Notes under the pieces: generated by a model | Seen by the model: the letters and a program-made list of their open reading frames with translations, nothing else | Databases searched by the model: none | Told to the model about the DNA's origin: nothing | Origin: a virus | Lineage: Duplodnaviria; Heunggongvirae; Uroviricota; Caudoviricetes | IMG/VR virus record: IMGVR_UViG_3300042914_002848 | Length of the DNA stretch: 64,000 bases | Direction: 5' to 3' (one strand) | Shown: positions 63,901 to 64,000 of the stretch, piece after piece | Layout of the letters: every line of letters starts with the position of its first letter | Numbering within the stretch: the stretch's first letter is position 1 | Program-made: the position numbers and the translations under genes

Positions 63901-64000
63901 GACAGAGTAATCGCTTCTCTATATAGGATACATCATAACAATTTTTTATATTCCCCCCTCGCCACGCCTTACATTGGTTGTGATATGTTAGGTATGATGT

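Overview
This window is a 64-kb segment of a large, AT-rich myovirus-type phage genome, almost certainly infecting Bacteroidota. Host evidence: TTTG/TTGG-N19-TAnnTTTG promoters, a DUF4494-like gene, a T9SS C-terminal sorting domain and D-(S/T)-X glycosylation sequons. Essentially all genes lie on the minus strand. From left to right: (1) tail fibre/lectin genes, including a >1160-aa HAEG-repeat fibre missed by the ORF track; (2) a replication/recombination block (fused SbcD-SbcC, primase, Mom-family DNA-modifying enzyme, T7 endo I-like resolvase); (3) tail/baseplate genes (gp6-, gp25-like); (4) a gp55-like sigma factor, HD hydrolase, ClpP, UvsE, PurA, Hsp20, a MoxR/VWA pair and metabolic genes; (5) 27 tRNA genes covering all 20 amino acids, interleaved with tRNA-mimic and unknown structured RNAs; (6) an RNA repair cluster (kinase, HAD phosphatase, Rnl1 ligase); (7) small early genes behind a repeated promoter/DnaA-box/palindrome module; (8) a low-complexity palindromic end region. 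The most striking unexplained structures are three. (a) An apparent ribosome-mediated attenuator upstream of the tRNA array: a 33-codon leader peptide containing 19 of the 20 amino acids, with mutually exclusive antiterminator and terminator hairpins, followed by an rrn-like boxA. This suggests a 'sense any tRNA shortage, then transcribe the tRNA array' switch. (b) An integron-like array of attC hairpins whose loops supply promoters and start codons to reverse-oriented genes. (c) Three RNAs with an identical tRNA acceptor stem and T-arm but unrelated interiors. All calls were made by eye, without database searches or folding software.
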